The translations under genes and the position numbers were made by a program. A stretch of DNA of 63,812 bases, the filler included, from Octopus bimaculoides (taxonomy: Eukaryota): NCBI RefSeq assembly GCF_001194135.2. It is 6 parts of 5 records of this genome, joined end to end, with 100 filler letters (N's around TTAATTAATTAA, not from the genome) between each part and the next. Parts side by side here need not be neighbours in the genome. Positions count along the whole stretch, not along the records: positions 35,510 to 59,787 come from NC_069003.1; positions 59,888 to 61,027 come from NC_068991.1; positions 61,128 to 63,812 come from NC_068985.1; 3 more parts are not named here. One strand, given 5' to 3'. The notes below the pieces were generated by a model. That model did not search any database. It was not told the origin of the DNA and worked only from the letters and a program-made list of their open reading frames with translations. Each line of letters begins with the position of its first letter. Position 1 is the stretch's first letter. Shown here in pieces: positions 47,964 through 63,220 of this stretch.

Positions 47964-50069
47964 AAGCAGGTGGGAGAGAATGTGCCGGTGTTAGTGAGTG
48001 TTGGTATGATTTAATTAAAACCTCGGTAAGATTTAATAAATTTTGAAATTAAATTTACTTTCATATTTAATCCTAGATTAAAAATATAAAGTAAATGTTT
48101 TGCGTGTGAAAGTAAACAACAAATGGCGCTGAAGAGTCTCCGGCTCAAAATAGCTGCCATGTTTTATACACACATTTTGGTTTTATTTGCATTGCGATCC
48201 ACACTTTATATATAATCCTCCAAACTTGTAATCTTTATTTAATCCTCGGGATTACACTTCATATCACTGTCCTTAAATCCAGTTATATTTATTATTCTAA
48301 TCCTTTCTATCATTATATGATATTATTGGGTAGAATGAGTCGTATTTTATTGTTATTTATTTTGTTATTAGTTTTATTGTATTTTCGTTTTGTTTTGTTT
48401 TGTTTTGTTTTGTTTTGGTTTCTCTCTTTTCTTGCTTTACCTGTTGATCTTGTTAATCTTAAGGTGAGCTACGCTGAAACACACATCTAATCAAAATAGT
48501 TTCCAACCATGGCTATTCCATCTTGTTATCGATGCAAAGAGTTATATGCGAAGACGAGTAAACACATGGTTATGGTATTGAGCTTGTGAAAGTTAGGGAA
48601 TGGATTTGAATCTCAAACCGGATGATGCACAACATGGTTCAGCAAGATATTTTCTTTTTAGTCACTTCTGTATCCTCTGTTCATAATGAATCCCAGAGGC
48701 AGTTGACAAATGAACCACGGAACAAAATCCAGTTATAAAAAGACTTCAATTCTATGCCTAAACGCGTCAACCATTCGAAAAAATTCCTGATTCAAGGGCT
48801 TTTAGACTCGAAGCAGATTTTATAAGTTTATATTTTGTAATCTCTCCTTTCCTTATTTAAAGCGGTCATGTATTATTTGGAGGAAATCAAGGTCCTTCCT
48901 CTAACGGACACAACTTAGTGCTTCGCCTTTGTGGTCACACTGGACGATTCTTGTTATGGTTGTGGGCTAGGGTTTTATTTTACCTCAAGGTTGAATCTTA
49001 TGTATTAGACCTGTAAGCAAGTGTATTTCAACAACGATCTCTTTTGTGCTTTGTTATCTTTTAAAAACTATTCATGGTCAGACTCATTTTCGTTCCCTCT
49101 GGGTTTCATATATTAAACACCATGAAGTAATTGTGTCGAGCACAGAGTTTCTTTTCGCGGGCAACAAAATCTATGGCCTATTCTAAACATCGGCCAGTAA
49201 AAGGCAACCTGGTTCTGATCAGCACAGCATTTCAAAATATTTAGGACAAAATTAACCCAGTGAGTATTCTAAAGATTTAAAATAGTTAGGTGTAATTGTG
49301 TGCGGCTGGAATCATGGCTAAATCTTTATTCAAAAGGCCAACGAGTATTATGTTACATTCTTATTCCAATCCCTACATTAATTGATCTTCTTCACATTTA
49401 TCATAAACCGACCAACTGAAAGTACCAGTTAAATATTGGTGTCTATGTAATTATATACAGTATTTTGTACCTACGTGATGTAGCAATATACACGGTGTAT
49501 CAATCTAGTAAATGAAACACGATTTGTGATTGTCTCTAATATCGATGTTGCTGTCATTAAGAATTCTAGGTTCTCGGAGTTAGATGATCGTCTGGATTAT
49601 TTATGATGCTTTGGTAGTATGATAATGCAACAGCTCTCAATTAATTAGTTGTATAATCCATAGGGCCGCTGCATTCATGGTAACAAAAACAATATGTTGA
49701 GTGTTTGCATAGAAACCGAAAAAATAAGGACACACATTCACCATTCTTTCAATGTCTTAGTCGTATATCTTTATAATTTTCATTCATTCTCTTTCACATA
49801 CACAATCTCTCTCTCTATTTCTCTCTCTCTCTTTCTCTCTCTCTCTTTCTCTCTCTCTCTTTCTCTCTCTCTCTTTCTCTCTCTCTCTNNNNNNNNNNNN
49901 NNNNNNNNNNNNNNNNNNNNNNNNNNNNNNNNNNNNNNNNNNNCTCTCTCCTTGTCTTTCCCCTCTCTTTCAGACAGATAAATGTAAATATACATACATA
50001 TTTATTTTGAATGATACCTGCTGTGAAATCGCGTGTTGTTACAGATATCGTTATATTTCGGGATTCTAT

Positions 50070-50300
50070 CTTTTATTCTTTTCTTTGTTTGCCATTTCAA
50101 TGCGGCCATGCTGGAGCATCGCCTTTAGTTGAACAAATCGACACCAGGACTTATTCTTTGTAAGCCTAGTGCTTATTTTATCGGGGTCTTGTGCTGAACC
50201 GCTAGATTACGGGTGTGTAAAGACAACATCGGTTGTCAAGCGATGGTGGGGGATCACAGACACAATGACACATAAATATATACATATATATATATATATA
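50070..50300 (-). mobile_element. SINE family A, 3' half running into a (TA)n-flanked gap
   Basis: tgcggccatgctggagcatcgcctttagttgaacaaatcgac..catcggttgtcaagcgatggtggggg. Confidence 0.85.
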
Positions 50301-50496
50301 TATANNNNNNNNNNNNNNNNNNNNNNNNNNNNNNNNNNNNNNNNNNNNNNNNNNNNNNNNNNNNNNNNNNNNNNNNNNNNNNNNNNNNNNNNNNNNNNNN
50401 NNNNNNNNNNNNNNNNNNNNNNNNNNNNNNNNNNNNNNNNNNNNNNNNNNNNNNNNNNNNNNNNNNNNNNNNNNNNNNNNNNNNATTCTTTTGGAT

Positions 50497-50533
<37 letters not shown>

Positions 50534-50690
50534 ATCGTTACTTTAAATAGCGACCAAATCAACTGGCGCCTTGTTTTTTATATACACTATGTAGTTTTAG
50601 AGTCAGGTTTTGCTTACTATTTCAAGCATGGTGGTGTCTCTTAGATGCCTCTTATTTATAATTTTCATACATATGCGCGTGTGTATGATG

Positions 50691-50721
<31 letters not shown>

Positions 50722-51058
50722 ATATGTATGTATGTATGTATGTATATGTGTAGATTGGCATATAGATATAATAATTTATTTATCTATTTCTATCGTGTTT
50801 TATATACTTCCATTATTCTTATATTTCATCATAACTATTTCTTTATCCTCCCGCATTATCCAGACAATGCTAATATATTAAAGTTGATTGTTTGTCTTTT
50901 GATCATTTTTGTTACAATATTATTATTAGTATTAATATTGTTATTAATTTTTTTTTATTGTTGTTGATTTTTTTATTGCTTTTGTCATTATTTTCATTAA
51001 CGTTTCTGTTACGTTTATTATAATTTATATTGTTAACATTACTAATACTACTACTACC

Positions 51059-51091
<33 letters not shown>

Positions 51092-51806
51092 ACTGTTATT
51101 CCTATTACCACTAGTACAATTACATTCTATTTTTTCTTCCTTCAATCCCGGTCACTCTCTGATCAGTACAAATAACAGATCACTTACGATTGTCTGTACG
51201 GTTTCTCATTGTTATCCTCTTTCGTAACGAATGAATAAGAGGGTAGGTCGGGAACTACCTTTTGTTTCCTTCATATTGCCGATAGAATATTCCTGTTGTT
51301 ATGGCTATGGGTGTGGTTAATGGTATTGTTATTGTTAAAAGTTTACTTAGTGGACTATTATTTTTTTGGTTTCTGTTTAAACTTTCATTTATATCACTTC
51401 TGTTGGCTTATTGTGAGGTATTGTATAAGGGTCAACCACTTGTTTTTTTCTTCTTTTTTGTCTTTTTTTTTCATTCTTTGTTACAGAAACTGACAAAAAA
51501 CATCCTAAATATTAATTGATAATAATCATTGTATTTTTTCAGCGTGTCTGTGTGTCTCGTCTCTCTAAACTATAATAAACGTTTAAAGATGCAAAAAAGA
51601 AAAAAAGAAAAGAGAAAAGAGACGAACCAAGCAATGATTCTGGAGAAAATATATCCCTAGAGTATTAGATTGTTTGCTGTCTTTAACATATATATTATAT
51701 TGTCTTTATATACATGGATGTAAACACATACACACCAATTCTTTCAATATATATACATATATATGCATATATATATATGAACGTATGCATACATATATAT
51801 ATATAT

Positions 51807-51853
<47 letters not shown>

Positions 51854-51914
51854 NNNNNNNNNNNNNNNNNNNNNNNNNNNNNNNNNNNNNNNNNNNNNNN
51901 NNNNNNNNNNNNNN

Positions 51915-51955
<41 letters not shown>

Positions 51956-52569
51956 ATGTGTGTGTATGTTCATAGATACATTTGTGTATGCGATGTTGAG
52001 TCAATGCTTGTGCGTACATTATTTGTCATGCATTCTTTCAATTCCTGCGCAAAGATATGGCCAATGAGAGATCAGTTATTGTAACAATATCCCTCAATAT
52101 ACCTATCTATCTGTTTATCTCTCTATATATATATCACACTAAATGTGCTATATATATATCTACATTTAAATATTGTATACATAAATACGTACATATATAA
52201 ATATAAATACATGTGTGTGTTTGTGTCTGTCCATATGTATTTTGTACGTGACTTCATGTGTTTACACGTGTCTAAAAATTTACATTCGTTTTCTATTTAA
52301 GACTTAAATATATTGCTAGTAACATCCACTTTATATTTCTTAGTGTTTCTTCCCTTTACAGGATATGAATAGATAATGTGTTATACAAGTAACAATCGTG
52401 TTCTTTTGACTGTCTTTGTCTCCTTTTCATTTTTGCGTTTGTATTTCTTTTCAGCTGTAGTTCAAACATTAACTTTCCTATTTCAGTTAAAATTTATAGA
52501 AATAGGTAATCCTAAAGCCGTTATTTAATGATTTATTTAATATATTTTTCTTCATTCTTAGAGCCTACC

Positions 52570-52697
52570 GGCTTGTATTTTATCGACTCCGAAACGATAA
52601 AAAGTAAAATCGACCTCCGCGGAATTTGAACTCAGATGGCCAAATACTGCAAAGCATTTTGTCCAATGCGCTAACGATTCTGCCAGCTCACCGCCGT
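52570..52697 (-). mobile_element. SINE family B
   Basis: tcgacctccgcggaatttgaactcag..ctaacgattctgccagctcaccgcc. Confidence 0.85.
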
Positions 52698-53344
52698 AAA
52701 CTGTGTGAAATATTACTATTATAAGGGGAAAAAAAGATGAAAGAAGTCGCTGCACATGAAATGAATCGCATATATGTCGCAATGCGGGTGAGTATATTAC
52801 TAATTACATGAATCTCATTAAGCTCTAAAAGATCTACTGTTAATAAACACTTTATAGCTTAATTAATTACTAACAATCTACAACCATAAGAGTCACATTT
52901 GGTCACTATTTGGTAAGTTTAGTTCGCTCAAGAAAATACATATCACTGCCAAACGTACCAGAAAATAGCAGAATTTCATTCGACATTAAAATAATTTTTC
53001 TTCAAGTCCATGAATCTGTGATTTTAAGACATTCTCTTAATGCAACTATATTTCCAGCTACGAAGCCGCTGTGTAACAGCTTGTACAAAGTGTCTTTTAA
53101 TATAGCCTCGGGTTGTCCGAAGGTTTATCAGTGAAATTGAATACAAGGAAACTGTACTGAGGGATATTGGAGATAATCGATTTTCTTTTCCTTTCGAGGT
53201 GGATTAATACGCTGCGTGGTTTAAGACAGTGACCTCATCATCTTCTGCCTTCCACAGAGAAAGGTTCTTCAGATTAAGTCGTATAAAACCAAAAAAAAAA
53301 CCCAGTAGAAATAAAAACGTGCATTGAAACACACTCTTATGTAT

Positions 53345-53381
<37 letters not shown>

Positions 53382-56300
53382 AGGAGAGAGGGAGGGAGAG
53401 AGAGAGAATATATGTGTGTGCGTGCTTCTGTGCTTAAAGAGAATTGTCAAAGATAGAGTAATACAGAGAAGTGCATACATATAAGAAAGTAGATAAATGT
53501 AGACATGTACACATCCACACTTATACACGTATATATAAACACACACGCACACATATATATATGTATATATATATATATACGTCCATTTATATATTCATTT
53601 ATATATATATATATATATATATATATNNNNNNNNNNNNNNNNNNNNNNNNNNNNNNNNNNNNNNNNNNNNNNNNNNNNNNNNNNNNNNNNNNNNNNNNNN
53701 NNNNNNNNNNNNNNNNNNNNNNNNNNNNNNNNNNNNNNNNNNNNNNNNNNNNNNNNNNNNNNNNNNNNNNNNNNNNNNNNNNNNNNNNNNNNNNNNNNNN
53801 NNNNNNNNNNNNNNNNNNNNNNNNNNNNNNNNNNNNNNNNNNNNNNNNNNNNNNNNNNNNNNNNNNNNNNNNNNNNNNNNNNNNNNNNNNNNNNNNNNNN
53901 NNNNNNNNNNNNNNNNNNNNNNNNNNNNNNNNNNNNNNNNNNNNNNNNNNNNNNNNNNNNNNNNNNNNNNCATATGTATGTATGTATGTATAATGTTTTT
54001 TTTTTTTATAAAATGTAATTGAAATATCTCATAGAAATAATATTCTACATACTAACAGAAAATACGTGAATTATTTCACTATTAAAATGCAGACGCCACC
54101 TGCCTTTATGGAATTCTTCCTATTATTTTCGTAGTGTTTTCGTTTTCTTGTGGTTGATATTTCCTATGCAGAATGTCTGTAAGTAATGTGAATGTGTTAA
54201 TGTTCTAATTTTCTTTTCTTATTATCCTCACCATCACAAACTCTTTTTGCGATGTCTCACATCACTTAAAAGGTAGGTTTATACAGAGGTTAAGATGGTG
54301 ATTTAAGAGATAGATCGACAGATTTGTAACTTTAACCAAATCATAATTGCCCAGTTTTTCAAAATCTTATTTTGGGTTTTGCTTTTGTGGTACGACAATC
54401 ACTCGGCAAAGTTAGTTAATTAGTTGCCCTAATTCGCAACTGGTGTCGATGTAATCGACTAACCACCTCTCTCCAAATTTCAGGTATTGTGTCAATATTA
54501 CAAAGGATATTATGCTGGCGTTGCTAATACTACTACTTTCTAACATCCCCGTTTTCATTGAAGAAACCCATGTTCAAGGGAGCTGCAGCCATGACCACCC
54601 CATCTTTTGCTAAATCTACGACTACATTGACGGACGCATACTTCCATAGTAATTTAGTGGCACGTTATAATATCGATGGTATTTTGCTATTTTTAGAAGT
54701 CTCAGTCGCCTATTTTTGCTGCACCAGGTTTCCTCTGGTTTTATTATTCACCTCGCTTGATCGGACTTTTATTATTTCGTGTATCAGGGACTAAATTCTT
54801 CAATGCGGACAATTAAAACGGTAGACGGTGATTCAAGGCACATTTATCTACTATTTCTAGCGTTTTTACCGTCCATGTTGAGTTCAGACTAGGCAATCCT
54901 CGCCCGTGGCACAAATTTGGCAAGTATTCAAAATTTCAGACGCCTCCTGACTGGTCTCCAAAATCCAAAATGTCATTACAGTACAAAAAACTTTCAGTCC
55001 ATACAGACCAAACCACTAATTTCATTATAAGTTGAATTCAACACACGTAAGAGCCACACATATTTCTCGTAGCTGTAATGCCTGTCTTGCGGCATTAATC
55101 ATTAATCAGAACACATACGAATTGATGACGTATCGGTCATAATATTATTACAGTCAATTAGCATTTATTATTTATCCGTTCATTTGTCGAAGTCTATTAA
55201 AGATTTCATTTCCCTATAGTAAAGTGCATAACGGTAACAGTTTGTGAAATGGCTTATATTTATCGATGGAAAACAGACAGAAAATTAGTTTTTATGTAGG
55301 AATTGTAAAGTGCGAAAACGTGAGATCCGATACTAGTTTATGGTATCGGTAGGAACTCTTCAACACCAATTTGCGATCAAGTATAAAGACCAAAAAAAAA
55401 AAAAACTGAAAGACATTCTGCTTTTAGAAAATCCAGCAAGCTCCAAAGAATTCATATAGTCATTGTGGTCAATGAATTAAAACAATAATGAAACTACCTC
55501 TGTAACGTAAAGCAAGTTATATTTGGTGTGGCATATTCGCAATACAAGTGACGCAAAACATTCAGGGTGTTAAAGAATGATTCGGAAACAAAAATTCTAA
55601 GTCAGACACTCATGCATGATTATACGATTTCAAATCCTATCTTCGAGTGTTAAACTTTTTTGGTCCTATTCCTGAACATGGAACACTGCCTTTTTCTTTG
55701 GCTACTCCTTTCCGATCACTTAAAACTGAAGCCGATATTTTAACCAACCGGTAGGCCAAATTTTTTGTAGAGATCGATTATCTTTTGGACAGTTTAATTA
55801 AACATTGTCAGAGGATTTGCAAGTCCCCTCCCCGCCAATCCGAAATCAACACATTAATCTCAACAGCTTTGTTCTTCATTGAATGAAGATTTTAAACTTC
55901 TATGAGTGTGATCCGGTTCATTTCCAACGCTATCAAACTCGCTTATGCATTATTTATGATCGTTAGGCTTACTAATCGCAGGGTTTAGCATTCATACACA
56001 ATCAAGGAATTTCGAATTTATACATTCGATTGTATTTCTCACGAGTTGACTTCCCAAAAGAAACTCGGTCTAATAACATATCGTCAACACATTAGAATCT
56101 GTGAAAAAAAAAAAGAAAGAAACGGAACTAATATACGGGCTTCATCGTATTGGGAACATCATTGACAAAGGAACAGAGAAATCAAGGATTTCTCACACGA
56201 CGAACATCGGTTTTTCACTGATCATTCGTCAAAAAAAAAATTTTTAATCAGCGGATATTTATTTCCAGTCGTTAATAGCAAACGAAATGTAGCAATAAAA

Positions 56301-56515
56301 TGTCGTGATAGTAGAGATATTGAAAGATTTAAGAATGAAGAAGGAAAAAAAATGGTTAGGGATTTTGGAAGAAGTATGTCATTTCAGAATTGAGAATTAC
56401 TTGAAGGATATCGAAAATAAGTGGTTTGATTTTGTCTTACTTTCAGTTCCTTCACCAAGTTGAGACTAACCTGGTACGTTACACTTGTTTATGAATTTAG
56501 CTAGTCTGTTAGCTA

Positions 56516-56600
<85 letters not shown>

Positions 56601-56814
56601 GAGAGAGAGCATTGAAAGGACAACGCATCGAGTTTAACACATTTCCATATAATTCAAAATATAACAACGTAAATAATTTTACTTTATGATTGAAAGTTGA
56701 AGTGAATGGTGCGTAAAGATACGTCTTGATACTTCGAAAATGGATAAGAATAATCTTCAAGACAAAACAGAAGGAAGTATAAAGTGGATAAATACTCACT
56801 TCGGACATGAATGA

Positions 56815-57095
56815 CCATGGGATTGCACCCAGAAAGATTCCCTCCGAGGCACACATCCAGCAGTTACCCGTGCATCCCAGGCTCATCTCTCCTCGCCACT
56901 GAGTTATCCAAGATAAAGGCAAAGACCGATACAGCTTGGCACCAGTCACCAGTGACATGATATCTTATTTGTACAGCTGAGCGAACAGGAGCAACGTGAA
57001 ATAAAGTGTCTTGCTCAGTAACACAATATACAGCTCGAGCCAGGAATCGAACTCACTACCTCAGGATTGTATGCCCAATTGTTTAACTACCACCT
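56815..57095 (-). mobile_element. SINE family D
   Basis: aaggcaaagaccgatacagcttggcacc..ggagcaacgtgaaataaagtgtcttgctc..ggaatcgaactcac (antisense B-box). Confidence 0.8.
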
Positions 57096-57179
57096 AAGAT
57101 CGAAAGAAATAAAACATTGTACATACATTTTGGAATAATCACTCTTACGCAGATAATTGTTTCTTTCTTTCGTTTTTAC

Positions 57180-57400
57180 TGTCAGAATGGTTAGAACGCC
57201 GGGTGAAATATTTAGCGGTATTTCGCCTGCCGCTACCTTTGAGCTCAAACTCCGCTGAGGTCGAATTTGTCTTTCATCTTCTAGTGGTCGATAAATGAAG
57301 TACCAATGAAACACTGGGGTCGATGTAATCGACTAGTCCCCCCCCCCCACATAAACACACACAAAACCAAAAAAATCAGGTCTTATGCTTTTAATGGAAA
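57180..57400 (+). mobile_element. SINE family B
   Basis: cagaatggttagaacgccgggtgaaatatttagcggtatttcg..gagctcaaactccgctgaggtcga..ggggtcgatgtaatcgactag. Confidence 0.85.
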
Positions 57401-58689
57401 GGAATATTTGAGAATGTTAATTTATTGAGACGTAAAGATTTTCACTACTTTCAAGAATTGAACTAATTGTTAAAGATGTTACGGAAACAAGTTTCCTCGG
57501 AATTTGTGATTTACTCTTTAGGTTCCGATAACATGAGGTTTTGCCGTAACGTAAATAAACCAGAGTTATTTATAATTAACATGATTTGGTGACAAACTTA
57601 ACAAGTACGGGAAGATTCAGTTATTTAAAATTCGATTCATATAACTGTCTGTGGTTCGGAGCGTTTCCTCGAGGGAAATCGGTAATGAAAGGTATAAGGT
57701 AATAATGGAATTTTATATCAAATACTTATCTGATATAACATTTTCATGTGCTGTTCCATCTGTGCTAGTATCGCAAAAAGATTGCTACCTGTAATCAAGA
57801 AAGCGTTTGAGAACCATCCACAGGATTCGAAAGGTGTCGTTCTGTGGCGTTGCTTTATCACATTGTTTGTTTTCTATTTTTTTTTTTTTTACATAGAAAA
57901 TTAACAATGGAATAAAAGTGGCTAAATAAATTACTTCACGGTAGAATAAGTAAGAGAAAGAGAACAAACTTAAAAGCATTAGAAGGGACCTTGAAGCTAA
58001 CTTATGCTCATGCGCGTCTATGATTTACAAGATCGGTTATTAGATGTGGCATTCATTGGTTATTGAACAAGATCTCTTAGTTTATAACTATCATCTTTAC
58101 ATCGATATATCCTCAATTTTTAGCGTGTTTTTTTTTTTCTCCTAGATACACCAACGTAGTTAAGATTAATTCATAATTTGTCAATGGTGTTCTTAATGAA
58201 AATTACTTGATGTATGAAGTTTTGCCATACGAGCTATATTCGTATTTAAATTTCACATATACTGCCCCGGGGCAATATTAGATTTTAAATCTTCTTCAAC
58301 AAAACACTCCAAAATTTATAAACCTCATATAAATGGTTCGCTTCGATTTCATTATCCGTACCTTTCTATTGTATCGAACGCCTGTAGCGAGATCAGCAGA
58401 AAATCTCCCGCCAAGAAAATTTATATCCATTTTGTTTGTATCAGACTATTGTGAAGATATATTTCCGAAATATTATCTTTTTCCATACACAATTTTACCA
58501 TAGGACTAATTAATTCTAAATTAGTTATTGCGCAATCTCGGTGATAATTATTTGGTTTAATTAATTAAGATATGTACAGCGACGTAGATGCGTGTCGATT
58601 TTTAGCACACACATATGCAAACACATCACTCACATAGATATAAGCACTCATATATATATATATGGACACTCACACATAGGTTTACGTAG

Positions 58690-58766
<77 letters not shown>

Positions 58767-59887
58767 GGCGAACGCGCATGTGTGTTTATGTGTGTTTATT
58801 GTCTGCTACAATACGCTTTTCGAAAACTGAAGAGACGTAAAGAAGCTCCTTCTTTTGGCTTGTTTTCTAATATTTTTTTTATAGCAATTAGGCTTCCATA
58901 ATGAATAGCAGGTATTCCAGTCTAAAATAATTCTTCTGTTTACTAATGTATAGTTTTATTTTGAGGTGCGTTTCGATAAGATGGCATTTTGTCCAGTAAC
59001 CTGATAAGAACGAGAACACCGCTAATCACCCTTATTGTTCTAAAATGCTAGCTATGATCACATCTCATAATCGTAGCTGATATCATTCCTGATTGTGTAG
59101 TTACTGATTGCGATGATGAAGTTTAAGCTGATGTCAATATTAATGTATCCATTTTACCATAAGCTCCATTTGTGCAAAGTGTAGCTAGGACTGCAATCAG
59201 TAATGTATCATACTAACTTTCAAGAGTAGATATAACTATGTACGTAGTATGATATGAAAATTAAATTTAATCTGAACACAAATTGTTGCAAAATGCAAGA
59301 GATAGAGCGCAGATTTTAATTTTTAGAAATTAAAGAAACTATTTCCATTTTCGTTTCGCGATAAATTGCTTCCATAAATGAAATTCTATCCTAGATTATT
59401 TAGTTTTGAACAAAGAATATAAGGTTTAGAATTCGAAACAAAACGAAATATTGTAATACAAATAATAGCTGGATGTGATGGGAAGCCACGAGGAGCGCAC
59501 CGAGATTCTCTCATGAAACAGACACAGAAAGCTGAGAAAGAAGCGAAAGTAAAAAAAAAGGATACAAAATGCTCATTGTTTCTTATATTCATTTTTTTGT
59601 TTTATGCGCGTGTATATGTGTGTGTGTGAACGTGTGCGTGAGCGTCTCTGTGTGCATGCGTGGTTGTGAGTGTATGTTGCATCTCACAAGGTTACCTTTT
59701 GTTAGAGGCATGCTTAACTGTGTAGAAACATGTCAACAAGTGCAAGTGTATTCCTATATATAGGTATGTATATATGTATATATATATNNNNNNNNNNNNN
59801 NNNNNNNNNNNNNNNNNNNNNNNNNNNNNNNTTAATTAATTAANNNNNNNNNNNNNNNNNNNNNNNNNNNNNNNNNNNNNNNNNNNN

Positions 59888-59933
<46 letters not shown>

Positions 59934-60996
59934 CTGTATGTATGCGAGTTTGCCTATAAGAAAATAGTGCCTTGGGATTTGTTTGTGTGTGATGAGGTTG
60001 GGAGTGACTGTGAAGGCGCGAGGTAAGTGCTGTCGTCTGTCTCCCGTATGTTTTATTCATATTTAATTATAAAAGTGCACATGATTTTATGCTTTGATGT
60101 GCCTAAACGTACACCCACTCAGAGGCACGTGTGTATATGTATGAATATATGTATGCATGTTTGTATGTATGCGTGTATGTATAGGCACACACACAGAGAT
60201 AGACACACAGACAGACAGACAAACACATATGTTCATATATGAATGTATGCATATACATATACATATACATATGTAAGAATGTACGCATATGTGTGTGTGT
60301 GTGTGTATGTGTGTGTTCGTATGTAATAGATAGGTAGAGAGATAAAGACATAGATAGATATACACATACTCACACACATATATATATATGCATGTTTATG
60401 TGCAAATATATATACATAGATACATATATATATATATTTATACTTCTATATTTCTATCTATCTATGTATGTATCTATCTATATACATATATTTATATGCC
60501 TGTACATATATAAATATAAGTGTGGGTTTGTATGTACATGTATACACGCACACCTATTGTAATGAATGTCTGCCATCTTACACTGTGTATATGCTTACAT
60601 GTTTCACTTTACATGTGTTCATTTCTGTGTGTAGTTATGTTGAAATGTGGCTGGTTGTGTTCCTATAGTTATAGTCGTTCATGTCCGGATCCAACACAAA
60701 CCATCAGATCAGTTTGGTAAGGCACTTCAGCCATGTCTATTGCATCTATTTTAAAACGATAAGGTGTGACATCAGGAAATGTTGGCTAGATTTTGTCAGG
60801 CCCGTGTCGTCGTCATAGATATCGTTTTTGACTTTCTGCAGTGGTATGTGTCTATTTGTATATTAACCTCTATATTTCGTGATAACAATAGTAGCTTTAG
60901 ATATACTTTTATATCTGTTATCTGTCCATCTGTCCATCTAAACATACATACATACATACATACATATTTATGTATGTGAGTGTTCATGTATGTACA

Positions 60997-61027
<31 letters not shown>

Positions 61028-61689
61028 NNNNNNNNNNNNNNNNNNNNNNNNNNNNNNNNNNNNNNNNNNNNTTAATTAATTAANNNNNNNNNNNNNNNNN
61101 NNNNNNNNNNNNNNNNNNNNNNNNNNNCTAAATAATATTAGATGACCAGTCCACGGTACCATGAGTTCAAGTCACGTGGGAGCAATATATTGCTTCACAG
61201 TCGTATTCATTTCTTTTTCTTCTTTTTTTTTTTCCTTCTTGTATTTTCGTCCCTTTTCCTCACTGCCGGGAAGGCAGTGGTTCGTTCGATCATCAGGGAA
61301 TATATAGCATATGATGAAATGCTTTCGAGCCCAGTGGGAGAAAAATTTCTTATCCGTTTCACAATGTCAGATGAAAGATTCGCTGCGAGAAAATCGTGAT
61401 TCATGATTTGGTTAGGAAATGACGTATACCATCCTTCCAGACATTTTTCACACTCAGAAAGATGTAGAAGAAAACAAACAGATACACACACGCGTGTGCG
61501 CGCACACACGCACACTAACATGCAGATATTTTTAAAGAAATATATGCTTTTAGTGTGCACGTTCTTGTGCCTATATCTTGTGTGTGAATGTGGGTGTGTG
61601 CGCGCGTGCGTGTGTATGTGTTACCTGGTAATATATATGGTAATATATATTATATGAATATGTGATGGTATAGGTGTGTGTATACATAT

Positions 61690-62135
<446 letters not shown>

Positions 62136-62607
62136 TGGGTTTCTCTGAGCAGAGCCACCCACACGACTGTACTGATTTTATCTGGTCTATACAAAACGCC
62201 TTCTTTCTATCTTATCTCAGATATCATTCCGAAGATTTGTTGGCTCTGATAAAATTCTGCCATGTTTCTACGCTGACCAACCGTGCTTCACAAACACCTA
62301 TCGACTCTGTCCATCTGATACACTCCATTGGCCTTTCTTGAAGATTAGTCGTTAAATCCAGCACACGCATGCACGGGGGTTGAGATGTACCAGCACGATA
62401 GCAAGAAATGGAACACTGCGCTGACATCACAGGAGTTCATTAGGATGAGATCGTGTTTTCTGAAATTAGAACTTTACCTTTAAAGTATCTATTCTATTTT
62501 TATTTTATTTTATTTTATTTTATTTTTTGCTAATTTATTTATTTATCTAATTATCTATGTCCTCATCCATCCCTATCTATCTACCTATCCATCTATCTAA
62601 CTATCTG

Positions 62608-62691
<84 letters not shown>

Positions 62692-63178
62692 NNNNNNNNN
62701 NNNNNNNNNNNNNNNNNNNNNNNNNNNNNNNNNNNNNNNNNNNNNNNNNNNNNNNNNNNNNNNNNNNNNNNNNNNNNNNNNNNNNNNNNNNNNNNNNNNN
62801 NNNNNNNNNNNNNNNNNNNNNNNNNNNNNNNNNNNNNNNNNNNNNNNNNNNNNNNNNNNNNNNNNNNNNNNNNNNNNNNNNNNNNNNNNNNNNNNNNNNN
62901 NNNNNNNNNNNNNNNNNNNNNNNNNNNNNNNNNNNNNNNNNNNNNNNNNNNNNNNNNNNNNNNNNNNNNNNNNNNNNNNNNNNNNNNNNNNNNNNNNNNN
63001 NNNNNNNNNNNNNNNNNNNNNNNNNNNNNNNNNNNNNNNNNNNNNNNNNNNNNNNNNNNNNNNNNNNNNNNNNNNNNNNNNNNNNNNNNNNNNNNNNNNN
63101 NNNNNNNNNNNNNNNNNNNNNNNNNNNNNNNNNNNNNNNNNNNNNNNNNNNNNNNNNNNNNNNNNNNNNNNNNNNNNN

Positions 63179-63220
<42 letters not shown>

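Noticed and set aside
48122-48162. atggcgCTGAAGAgtctccggctcaaaatagctgccat hairpin
   Set aside because: Stem II overlaps the core and GAAAC is absent. It looks more like a short palindrome with YY1-like ends.
61245-61300. Minus-strand CTGATGA, a perfect cactgcc/ggcagtg hairpin and GAAA
   Set aside because: No UH cleavage triplet or stem III after GAAA; the hairpin is detached from the core.
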